A stretch of 20,000 bases of DNA, taken from the IMG/VR virus record IMGVR_UViG_3300014350_000183; one strand, written 5' to 3'. Positions 1 to 8,218 of the stretch are shown here, one piece after another. The DNA is from an uncultured virus (IMG/VR IMGVR_UViG_3300014350_000183) (lineage: Duplodnaviria; Heunggongvirae; Uroviricota; Caudoviricetes). Numbering within the stretch: position 1 is the first letter of the stretch; every line of letters starts with the position of its first letter. The notes beneath the pieces are model-generated. The model worked only from the letters and a program-made list of their open reading frames with translations, had not been told where the DNA came from and searched no databases. The translations under genes and the position numbers were made by a program.

Positions 1-944
1 TGTGACCACAGATAACTGGCACTGCTCACGCGGAACGATTCATACTGCGGATACTGATTCACGACATGGGTCATGAGGTTAGCAAGCGCATCCACATCAG
101 GTCGCGCCCATTCGCCCAATTTCCCATACCACTTTTCTTCACCGAGCCATGCCGTTTCCATCGTGGCAGGAATCGGGATACCCCAATGAGGCAACCCCTC
201 TGCTGTCCCACCCCAATCTGTGGCAAGGGCTAATCCGCCTGTGGCGACAAACTCACGCGGAGGCATTCCATGTCCTTCAGCGTGTGTCGGAAATGCCATC
301 ACATGCGCTTTTGTGTATAACTCCGCCAGTTCCGCATTGGTCATATCACCTGTGATGACTTGGATATTCGGGTTTGTGATACCAAACGGCAACGGATTTC
401 GTGCCTTGATGATGAGACGATAATTCATATCATCCCCAAACGCCCGTACAAATGCGGTGCAGGCTTCCATCCATCCCTTGCGCCGTCCTCTATCCCCAAT
501 CGTGAGGAAGCTGAACGGTTCATCTGCTTTTTTGACTCGTGGGGTATAGCGCATAAATTCCGCACTTATCCCCAACGGCACAACATGAATCGGGGCAGTT
601 ACCCCCGCCTTCTTGAAAATATCCACGAGGAAGGTCGCAGGCACAATCACCGCATCACACTGGTTCAACGCTTCCGCCCACCCTTCTGGTAAGACGGTAC
701 TCTCAAACATGGTGATAGCGATTTTCGGTCCCGTGTTGACCATCCCCCCAAATTGTTGGTGCAGTGTCGGGTATCCCAACAACATGCCCCCCATCGCGGG
801 ATGAATCACCCCGTTGCCAGACCCGTCCAACGCGAAACGGTTCACATACACCTGTGACGACACATGAGTCGCTAATTCAGATGCGAGCCGTCCGTAACTG
901 TCGGCAGGGTCAAATGATGGGGAGCAAATGTTGATGATTGTCAT
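1..944 (-). CDS. Glycosyltransferase family 4 (GT-B), 3'-truncated by the window edge
   Basis: Not in the ORF track. Hand translation from ATG 944 is open to the edge: MTIINICSPSFDPADSYGRLASEL...AITMFESTVLPEGWAEALNQCDAVIVPATF...FLTIGDRGRRKGW...LYTKAHVMAFPTHAEGHGMPPREFVATG. It contains the RKG and E-x7-E (EGHGMPPRE) GT4 motifs. It starts 12 nt after the capsid stop. Confidence 0.9.
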   Translation of the reverse strand, partial: MTIINICSPSFDPADSYGRLASELATHVSSQVYVNRFALDGSGNGVIHPAMGGMLLGYPTLHQQFGGMVNTGPKIAITMFESTVLPEGWAEALNQCDAVIVPATFLVDIFKKAGVTAPIHVVPLGISAEFMRYTPRVKKADEPFSFLTIGDRGRRKGWMEACTAFVRAFGDDMNYRLIIKARNPLPFGITNPNIQVITGDMTNAELAELYTKAHVMAFPTHAEGHGMPPREFVATGGLALATDWGGTAEGLPHWGIPIPATMETAWLGEEKWYGKLGEWARPDVDALANLMTHVVNQYPQYESFRVSSASYLWS

Positions 945-956
945 AACGACTTATCC

Positions 957-2030
957 TTATGCTTGCCCACTGGTGGCAGTTGGCAGAGTGATTTTTTGAA
1001 CTGCACGGGTGGGGTCCGCAAACATACCAAAGTGGGTGTCGTAGATATTTTGCGCCATGATAAAGCGCGACACATCGGGATTGCCCATCGTCATCCGCAA
1101 CGGGATTTTGATATAACTTTGGAAGTCGGTCATCTTGTTGCTGATGTCAATCAGGTAAGCTGTCCCGCTTGCCACACCATCATATTCGACTTCGATTTTC
1201 CCGCGTGTGCCTGTCCACCCATCATAGGCGATGACAGTACGAAGCTGTCCGATGGCGGATGATTGAATATCAAACCCTTCTTGCGGGACAACACGCAAGG
1301 CACGTTCAAATGTGAACAAATCATTGGTGCTACAAAGCAACACAAACGGTCCGCGACGTGGGTTTTTCTTGTCTGCTGTACCATCAATGATGGCTTGCTC
1401 AATTGCCCGCAAGTATTTTTCGGGCATACTGGCAATTTGGCGGAAATTGGTCAATGCGGTGCCATTGGTCACATTAGCCGTCGGATAAGTGTGATTGATG
1501 ATGGGATATAAATGGATGTGGTTGTGAAGCGCATTGTGCGCGACACCAAATTGCCGTTCAATCGGCGCAAATTGCCACATCTGGTTATACAAAAACAATC
1601 GCTCTGAGTATTCAATACCCGCCGCAAATTGTTCAATCCGCACCACTTTTTTACCACCACTGACGGTAGCAAATTTCACTTCGCCACCTTCTTCAATCTT
1701 TTCAAACACCACGCCTGTTTGCCCTAACGTGAAAACGTCAATAAGTTCAGGCAAGGTGGGGTCTGTGATGGAGTTATAGATTGGCAGGTACAGAAGCGGT
1801 TCTTGGTCGCGCCCCGCGTCAATTTCATAGCGTTGGCGTTGATAGAATTGTTTGGCAAAGCTATCGTTGCCGATAAATTCCGCCACAATCCCACTACCCC
1901 CACCAAGAGGGCGCACATGGTCGCGCAAGTTAAACTCGCGCACTTTCCCCGTTGCATCCCGCATTTCATTGATAGATGCGATAGGACGGGTTTTTTCCAG
2001 CAATGCTTTGCTGATAACTTGAATAGCCAT
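957..2030 (-). CDS. Major capsid protein (HK97 fold)
   Basis: 357 aa, placed after the protease and DUF2190-like genes. Contains an E-loop-like segment (VFEKIEEGGEVKFATV) and a C-terminal P-domain-like segment. SD CAGGAG. Confidence 0.85.
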   Translation of the reverse strand: MAIQVISKALLEKTRPIASINEMRDATGKVREFNLRDHVRPLGGGSGIVAEFIGNDSFAKQFYQRQRYEIDAGRDQEPLLYLPIYNSITDPTLPELIDVFTLGQTGVVFEKIEEGGEVKFATVSGGKKVVRIEQFAAGIEYSERLFLYNQMWQFAPIERQFGVAHNALHNHIHLYPIINHTYPTANVTNGTALTNFRQIASMPEKYLRAIEQAIIDGTADKKNPRRGPFVLLCSTNDLFTFERALRVVPQEGFDIQSSAIGQLRTVIAYDGWTGTRGKIEVEYDGVASGTAYLIDISNKMTDFQSYIKIPLRMTMGNPDVSRFIMAQNIYDTHFGMFADPTRAVQKITLPTATSGQA

Positions 2031-2056
2031 AGGTTATCTCCTGTGATAAGTTCCGC

Positions 2057-2434
2057 TTATACCCCCGCCAACAAGATGCCCGTTACAACGTTGTTTGCAT
2101 CTTTGTCGCTGGTGGCTTTGAATAGGTTGATATTGGTGGCAGACAGCGCGTTTTTGTTATACGCCCCATCTGGTGGAATGTGGGTGCTGGTGATGGCGGT
2201 GGTATCCAAGCGCACAATATCGCCCTTGCTGACGGATAACCCGCTTGGCACGGTGAATTGATATTCTTGGCGGTCAACGGTGAGCGCCACACTATCACCA
2301 CTATCACCGCTTCGGGCGCTGATGCCCAGAAAACCGTCCGCGTAAATAACGGCGTTGGCTTCGATGGCATACAGCAACGATACGGTGACTGAGCGCCCAT
2401 CCGACTCTTTGTGGGTATCTAACCCTGTAGACAT
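2057..2434 (-). CDS. DUF2190-like capsid decoration/cement protein
   Basis: 125 aa, beta-rich, with ESDGRSVTV, GFLGIS..SGDSGDSVAL and VSKGDIV. Lies between the protease and capsid genes. SD AGAGGAG. Confidence 0.75.
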   Translation of the reverse strand: MSTGLDTHKESDGRSVTVSLLYAIEANAVIYADGFLGISARSGDSGDSVALTVDRQEYQFTVPSGLSVSKGDIVRLDTTAITSTHIPPDGAYNKNALSATNINLFKATSDKDANNVVTGILLAGV

Positions 2435-2479
2435 ATTTCATACTCCTCTGCTCGCCTATTTGCGATGCGAATTGGGAAA

Positions 2480-3007
2480 CTATTTATCTTCTGGGAATGC
2501 AAAGTATGGGAATTCATTATCCCCATTTGGCACGACTGGACGTTGTTGGGGCGGTCCCATTTCAGCGAGAGTGGTGGCTTTCAACATCGCTTTCACCGAT
2601 TCTTTAGCCAGCACTTTTTGAACAGCGACCACCATATCCGATTTGGACGCTGGTTTTTCAGCTTTGACCATTTCGAGGATGATTGGGCGCAATTGTTCAG
2701 CGACCACTTTTTCAGCAATCGCCAATTGCATTGCCGATTCCAACAAGGTGAGGTTTTCACGCTTCAAAGCGTCCAATTCCAACAAACGGGCTTGCACCGC
2801 CAATTGGACATCGCCATCTTCTGGTTTGCCCACCATATCAAAAATCGCGTTATACGCATTGAGTTTGGGGGTGTTTTGAGTCGCTTCGATGGTCAATTCG
2901 CGCACGCGGTTTTCCAATTGGGCGACTTGTTCTTGCAAACTTTTTTCTAGTTCGCTGAGTACCCCTTGTGTTGCTTCTTGGGGTTTGGTTTGGGTTTTCG
3001 GGTCCAT
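2480..3007 (-). CDS. Putative nested in-frame scaffolding protein (MDPKTQ..., 175 aa)
   Basis: Internal AGAGGAG-AAATCT-ATG at 3007, in frame with the protease and at the start of the coiled-coil region. Confidence 0.6.
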   Translation of the reverse strand: MDPKTQTKPQEATQGVLSELEKSLQEQVAQLENRVRELTIEATQNTPKLNAYNAIFDMVGKPEDGDVQLAVQARLLELDALKRENLTLLESAMQLAIAEKVVAEQLRPIILEMVKAEKPASKSDMVVAVQKVLAKESVKAMLKATTLAEMGPPQQRPVVPNGDNEFPYFAFPEDK

Positions 3008-3616
3008 AGATTTCTCCTCTGTGGATTCACTAACTGTATCGGGCTGAACTGTCTCTTGGGTGATGAGTGGAATACGTGCCGCCATTGGCATCCCCACTCG
3101 TTTAGGGTGGGCGAGGTCAATATTTTCGAGTTCAAGAGTTTCCCCTACGATATTGCCATCGCCGTCAATTTCAGCAGTACCATAAATGCTCGTGCCAATC
3201 TCGGCATTCGCGCCTTTACTCGCACGTATGTAGTCGCGCACATCACGGGCGGTAGGCAACACATACGCTTTGCCCCATGCCGTGCGTGTGTCCGCAACAT
3301 AGGTCGCGCCGACCCACCGAAGCGGAGGAATGTCAAATTTGTAGGGACGATCCCATTGAGGCAAGTGACCTAAATTCCCAACGATATTGCGTGTATTGAC
3401 CGCGTTTACAATCCGAATCACATCTTTTTCGGCATAGTTCACTTGATTGCGCGAGGTTGCTACAAATGCAATCGGCAATGTGATGAACATCGGGTTATCA
3501 TCGCCTTCTGTCAGCTCTGCCAAAACAACACCTTCAGCAAGCGGGACATCGGGGTAATCACCCTTTAATGCGTGTTGCGCTTCGGATAGAACACCTTGAA
3601 TTTTACGAACACTCAT
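2480..3616 (-). CDS. Prohead maturation protease fused to a C-terminal scaffold
   Basis: N-terminal ~190 aa carry GNLGHLP (His), IGTSIYG (Ser) and IDLAHP motifs typical of phage prohead proteases. The C-terminal half is coiled-coil. Confidence 0.75.
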   Translation of the reverse strand: MSVRKIQGVLSEAQHALKGDYPDVPLAEGVVLAELTEGDDNPMFITLPIAFVATSRNQVNYAEKDVIRIVNAVNTRNIVGNLGHLPQWDRPYKFDIPPLRWVGATYVADTRTAWGKAYVLPTARDVRDYIRASKGANAEIGTSIYGTAEIDGDGNIVGETLELENIDLAHPKRVGMPMAARIPLITQETVQPDTVSESTEEKSMDPKTQTKPQEATQGVLSELEKSLQEQVAQLENRVRELTIEATQNTPKLNAYNAIFDMVGKPEDGDVQLAVQARLLELDALKRENLTLLESAMQLAIAEKVVAEQLRPIILEMVKAEKPASKSDMVVAVQKVLAKESVKAMLKATTLAEMGPPQQRPVVPNGDNEFPYFAFPEDK

Positions 3617-3630
3617 GTACCATCTCCCAA

Positions 3631-3682
3631 AAGAACAAATGTACTAATTACAATTATATAGGATTTATTTATCAGATTACAA
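3631..3682 (-). promoter_or_regulatory. Promoter of the protease-capsid genes with a LexA-box-like operator
   Basis: Minus strand TTGTAA (3682-3677)-N18-TATAAT (3658-3653), then AGTAC-ATTT-GTTCT (3645-3632), in an AT-rich intergenic gap. Confidence 0.6.
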
Positions 3683-3732
3683 TAAATATAATGTTACAAA
3701 ATATAGACAATTACGTGTTACATTACTGTAGG

Positions 3733-4059
3733 TTATGGGAGTTGCTTTAGCAGGTCGTGGAACTCAGCTCGTATCTCTGGATGTGTGTCATCTGTACATC
3801 CCAATTCAATCGCTTTCCGCGCATCCTCATACCGCCCACATCGCCAAGCGAGAGTCGCCGCACTCCGATATAGTACAGACCGTGACGGCTCGGTAACAGA
3901 TAACCCCGCCGATTCCAGCTCTAATTCGTATGCACGGCTATTGAGTTCGATTGCCAAATCAGGGTATCCCATGCGCCTCATCTTATCGGCTTCGTCCACC
4001 AAGCGCATTGCTTTATGATGCAATGCGTGCATTTTCGATTCAGGTTTAACTTGCTCCAT
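3733..4059 (-). CDS. Hypothetical all-helical (TPR-like) protein
   Basis: 108 aa with EPSRSVLYRSAATLAWRCGRYEDARKAI. The start overlaps the end of the MuF gene. Confidence 0.75.
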   Translation of the reverse strand: MEQVKPESKMHALHHKAMRLVDEADKMRRMGYPDLAIELNSRAYELELESAGLSVTEPSRSVLYRSAATLAWRCGRYEDARKAIELGCTDDTHPEIRAEFHDLLKQLP

Positions 4060-5230
4060 CTGCTAACACTCCTAGTAATAATCGGATAAATTCTGTGACC
4101 ATCAGAGGGGTCATGATGGGGTCGAGATATTCCTTGCGTGCATCATCCATCATCGTGCGTAGCTCGTTGGTGACGGTTTCTTGGCTATCCCGCATCACAT
4201 GGCGGATGTTGCACTTATCATGCGGGTGATACGGTGGAATCATCCCCGTTTCGTAGGCATAAGGCGGTTTCACCCTATTCCCCCCCATATCAATCGTGGC
4301 GTGTTGCGGGCAGATTTTACACTGTGGGTCGCCATTGTAACTCCGCGCCACATCAAACCCACTGGTATACGGGTTCAAATACCCCGATATGAACGATGCC
4401 TGATTCACCGCCCGCGTGATTTCCGTCCGTGCGAGTCGCATGGCATCATAACTGGCATCCCGTCCGTATGGCTTATCCGTCCTCAGTGGCGCTCTGCTCG
4501 GTAGAAGGAATTGCTCAAGCCTGTTAGCCAGATTTTCCGCACTATTCCCCGTCCGTATCGCATCGGCAATCAGCGCATCCACTTTCATGCGCGTTCTCAG
4601 ACTCGCTTCCCATATACGGTCACTCAGGCGATACCCACGCTCATCCTGCCAACGGTGCATCGGGACCCAGCGCCGTGTCGGGTCAAGTTCCGCCATCGGA
4701 TTAGGTCGGAATATCCGCAGTTTGCCGATAATATCAGGGTCAAGCGGTGGCACATCTTCTACTTCAGACAGCAGATTCCCACTATCCAGCAACCGCTTAT
4801 TCATGCCGATACGCACACGCCGTTCATCCGCTTGGGTGAGTTCCGTGATTTTTAACGGTCTCGGATTACGAGTGAGCCATTCGCGCACATCTTGGGGGAT
4901 ATGTTTCACCATCCAGCGATGATGCACCATCACCGATTCTTTGACAGCGAACACATACGCATCGTTCAGCACTTTGGCATATCGGGACAACGGTTTCACG
5001 CCATCATACGATTTTCGTCCATCGAAGGACACAAACATGCCCTGCACCATATCCCCGACCTGTGCTTGAATGTTTTCCGCTTCACGCTCGGAGATACGAC
5101 CATCTAACCCCGCCATGCGGATAATCACCCCTCTGGCGCGGTCTGCAACATCGCGGAAGGCAGATTCTACCTCACGCTTCACCAATGCCAATGCGCGTGT
5201 TTGGATGTGCTTGGTGGAGATGGTTTTCAT
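4046..5230 (-). CDS. Head morphogenesis/minor head protein (MuF / SPP1 gp7-like)
   Basis: LSDRIW, RLARTEITRA, CKIC and PPYHPHDKC motifs. Located downstream of the portal. Confidence 0.85.
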   Translation of the reverse strand: MKTISTKHIQTRALALVKREVESAFRDVADRARGVIIRMAGLDGRISEREAENIQAQVGDMVQGMFVSFDGRKSYDGVKPLSRYAKVLNDAYVFAVKESVMVHHRWMVKHIPQDVREWLTRNPRPLKITELTQADERRVRIGMNKRLLDSGNLLSEVEDVPPLDPDIIGKLRIFRPNPMAELDPTRRWVPMHRWQDERGYRLSDRIWEASLRTRMKVDALIADAIRTGNSAENLANRLEQFLLPSRAPLRTDKPYGRDASYDAMRLARTEITRAVNQASFISGYLNPYTSGFDVARSYNGDPQCKICPQHATIDMGGNRVKPPYAYETGMIPPYHPHDKCNIRHVMRDSQETVTNELRTMMDDARKEYLDPIMTPLMVTEFIRLLLGVLADGAS

Positions 5231-5231
5231 C

Positions 5232-6032
5232 TCACATCCTCACAATCTCAAAATCGGTGCGGTTCTTACCCTCATACGGTGCATCCACACCTTCAAACGG
5301 GATACATAACCCATAGCGCGACTCATCAAACGGCAGGTGATAAATCTCTTCTTCAGGCAACCCGCCCCATTTCCGCAGGTAATATTCCCGATTCGCTACG
5401 AATGTGCGGTGATGTTGTTCCATTAATTCTGGATTTGTCCAGATGGTTTTGCTTCCCTGATGGATGATGTTGGTATCAGGTAGGACGATTTTCCAGCTAT
5501 CCCAACTGCCCGTCATGAGCATGGCACGCCGATACCAATCTCTGTCCTCAAAATAAATCGGGAAGAAGTTCTGGTCGAAATAGCCCACCTCTTGTATCGC
5601 TCGACGGCTAATCACCGCCATGCTGAACAGCATATCCCCGTCTGTGTTGGTACGGATTTCGCGCCCCCATCCACTGACCATATAAGCGGATGGATTTTCC
5701 ACCGCCTTGCACGCCAGGGCAACCACTTCATCATAGGTGCATAGCGCATCATCGCTGGCGATGAATGTCGCATCTGCCCCATATTTGCTGTATGCCAGAT
5801 GAAAGCCTTCATTCCATGACTTGGCGAGTCCACGATTCACCCGATAATCATACAAATGGACATTCTTCATTTCGTCCAATTCATCACACACCTTCACCAC
5901 ATCGGGGTAATCGCTGTGCAGGAATAAATGCCATGTGATACCCACCCCATCGGCATTATCCACCAGCCGATACAAGTCATCCGCCAATCCATAGGCGGTG
6001 ATAATAATGTGCATGTTAGGCAGATTCATCAC
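5232..6032 (-). CDS. Glycosyltransferase family 2 (GT-A)
   Basis: HIIITAY, NRGLAKSWNEG, FIASDD (DxD-like), IQEVGYFDQNFFPIYFEDRDWYRR, IIHQGS and YYLRKWG motifs. Confidence 0.9.
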   Translation of the reverse strand: MMNLPNMHIIITAYGLADDLYRLVDNADGVGITWHLFLHSDYPDVVKVCDELDEMKNVHLYDYRVNRGLAKSWNEGFHLAYSKYGADATFIASDDALCTYDEVVALACKAVENPSAYMVSGWGREIRTNTDGDMLFSMAVISRRAIQEVGYFDQNFFPIYFEDRDWYRRAMLMTGSWDSWKIVLPDTNIIHQGSKTIWTNPELMEQHHRTFVANREYYLRKWGGLPEEEIYHLPFDESRYGLCIPFEGVDAPYEGKNRTDFEIVRM

Positions 6033-6543
6033 TCACCCCCTCTTCGATTCGCCAATCCCACAAATACGGCTTAATGGCGGTTTTCCATTGGCGTTTCATG
6101 CGGTTGCCGAAGCCACGATGTTGCGCTTTTTCGCCAATGGAGAAATGATATGTATACCCGTCATCCTCAAACATCGGCGGAGTTGCCCAGATACACATAT
6201 CCAGATAGACAAACCGTTTGCCAGCTTCAACCTCTTTGGTCAGCCATTGCATCCGTTCAAATGTGGGGTTACTCGCCCCATACGCATCTTTCAGATTCCC
6301 AATCCCCCATGCTTCAATCGGCTTTAATTGCTCCATATACGCCAGCCAATCCATTGGGTTGGTGAATAACACCACATCCGCCTTATCCTGCCGATGCAAT
6401 TTCACATACCAATAGGGGATAAACAAAATGGATGTCTTGCCAGCCACAACCATCACATCAGTCATACAAGTAACGGTATTGCCCATGTGGTCGCAATGCT
6501 CGGCAATCTCCACGCGCTTATTGGTTTTCGGGTTGTTCATCAT
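6016..6543 (-). CDS. Hypothetical protein (start uncertain: 6543/6540, 6486 or 6465)
   Basis: ORF filling the gap between portal and GT2 and overlapping both. GAGGAG precedes ATG 6543/6540. Confidence 0.7.
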   Translation of the reverse strand: MMNNPKTNKRVEIAEHCDHMGNTVTCMTDVMVVAGKTSILFIPYWYVKLHRQDKADVVLFTNPMDWLAYMEQLKPIEAWGIGNLKDAYGASNPTFERMQWLTKEVEAGKRFVYLDMCIWATPPMFEDDGYTYHFSIGEKAQHRGFGNRMKRQWKTAIKPYLWDWRIEEGVSDESA

Positions 6544-8167
6544 CCATCTCCTCATCTTCGTCTGGATTATCCTCATCACTGCTCATATCTTCATCGCGTC
6601 TCTGCCCAGAGAGCAATGCCTCTTGCCTACGGTCATATTCCTCTGCTTTTTCGGCTTGTTCCGCTTTTGCCTTCGCAATCACATCGGCAGGATTCTCAAT
6701 GTCGAGTGGCAACAATCGCAACGCCGTCTCATCATCTAGTAACCCTCTATCTACCGCGAATTGCACCGCTTGGAGCGTCAACGACCCATCGGCATTGGTG
6801 AGTGGCATCCAGCCAATGTTCACCGATTCATCCTGTCCGATTCCCGTCTCATACGTGCGGATAATCGAAACTACCACATCCAGCACCGCATTGAGCCAGC
6901 GTGTGACCTGCCCTTGTTTCTTCTCAATGAAGCGCACAAATGGGGGCATCTGGCTCTCCGCGCTCGCTTTGGAACTCGCAATCGCATTCCCCCACACAAA
7001 TTCGGGGATTTCACTGTGCTGGAGTATCAGGTAAAACAGCAATTCCAGCAGGTTTTGGGTGTCGGTGGTGAAACTACCCGGTGCTTTCCAATCAAATTTG
7101 GCATTCCCACCCAACGTCAGCACCTTATCGGCATCAAAATCTAAGACAGGCACAAGTTCTTCATTCCCATCAGCATCTACATGCCGTTCCTTCTTCCCGA
7201 ACAATTCCCAGAAATTTTTAATCTGGTCAACATCCCCCATCTCAGAAATGACGGGTGTTGGTCGTCCCTGACGTTTGTTACCCGCGATGGCATACTCAAA
7301 CACATCATCATAGCGATACATGGCGTGTAATAACCCCTCTGCCACAGGATGACCATACCGCTCATCCGCACCTGCATCGTGGGCGATGTGGATAATCGGG
7401 ATTTTCCCCGTCAAATTGCGGAAGCGTTGCGTTTTTAGCGTGTTGGTTTGCGTCTTATACACCCCGTCTTGAATCACATCGGCATCTATCGAAACCGTCC
7501 GTACACGCTCGGTAGCGGTGTAATCATTGGTGATGGTCATCCGCGAAAAGGTGTACGGGTTCTGATGCACCTCAGTGACACGATACCCCACCACAACCGA
7601 ATAATCATCTTTCGCCAGAATCGGCATGACCACCTGTGGCGGTAGGATGGTCAGCGACAAATCGGCATTGACCAGCAGGTAACAATCACCAATCGCACAG
7701 GCTTCTTCATACGCTTCAATCAGTTTGGCATGATGTTCACTCACCCAATCCGACACCAATTCTTGTGCGGTTTCAGATTCACTACGGATTTTCGGTATCT
7801 GCCCAAGTGTCCATGACGCGATTTTACTCGCCAGTGGCTTGATGAATAACCCCCCCAACCCAAGCCCTTGCGCCCTACCCCGTCGCGCCTTATCCCAGAA
7901 GGCATAATCCGTCTGACCAATATCCACTGTCGGCTGAAAGTGGGGCATATTCCAACGGAGCATGAGCCGATTTGGACGCGGGTTATCCTGTGATTCACTC
8001 ACCATCCCACGCTTGCCCACATCGGTGAGCATATACCCCTCAGTTGTTGATTGTATCATCCCGCGCCGTTCTAATCCCGCAATCGTGGATTTTTTCGCCT
8101 TCCCAAATGACCCGCTTTGGTGGAATTGTTTCAGCGCCTCCTGCATCGTGTCTGATAATGTCGTCAT
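6518..8167 (-). CDS. Portal protein with N-terminal wHTH-like extension
   Basis: Follows TerL. Portal-like motifs GDCYLLV, IPIIHIAH...YGHP, SEIPEFVWG and an acidic tail. Start reassigned to ATG 8167 (SD GAGGA) because the track's TTG 8218 is part of a TTGACA promoter element. Confidence 0.88.
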   Translation of the reverse strand: MTTLSDTMQEALKQFHQSGSFGKAKKSTIAGLERRGMIQSTTEGYMLTDVGKRGMVSESQDNPRPNRLMLRWNMPHFQPTVDIGQTDYAFWDKARRGRAQGLGLGGLFIKPLASKIASWTLGQIPKIRSESETAQELVSDWVSEHHAKLIEAYEEACAIGDCYLLVNADLSLTILPPQVVMPILAKDDYSVVVGYRVTEVHQNPYTFSRMTITNDYTATERVRTVSIDADVIQDGVYKTQTNTLKTQRFRNLTGKIPIIHIAHDAGADERYGHPVAEGLLHAMYRYDDVFEYAIAGNKRQGRPTPVISEMGDVDQIKNFWELFGKKERHVDADGNEELVPVLDFDADKVLTLGGNAKFDWKAPGSFTTDTQNLLELLFYLILQHSEIPEFVWGNAIASSKASAESQMPPFVRFIEKKQGQVTRWLNAVLDVVVSIIRTYETGIGQDESVNIGWMPLTNADGSLTLQAVQFAVDRGLLDDETALRLLPLDIENPADVIAKAKAEQAEKAEEYDRRQEALLSGQRRDEDMSSDEDNPDEDEEMDDEQPENQ

Positions 8168-8182
8168 GGTATCCTCGTGTAT

Positions 8183-8218
8183 AAGAACATTTGTACTAAT
8201 TGTAACATATCTTGTCAA
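8183..8218 (-). promoter_or_regulatory. Internal promoter before the portal gene with a LexA-box-like operator
   Basis: TTGACA (8218-8213), extended -10-like TGnTACAAT (8207-8199) and AGTAC-AAAT-GTTCT (8197-8184). The 19-mer 8183-8201 is 17/19 identical to 3631-3649. Confidence 0.6.

Noticed and set aside
4046..4210. MuF polymorphic toxin C-terminal domain
   Set aside because: The tail after the MuF motif is only ~55 aa and has no toxin catalytic motif.
8168..8218. Track's TTG start for the portal
   Set aside because: There is no SD and the segment consists of promoter/operator elements. ATG 8167 has GAGGA.
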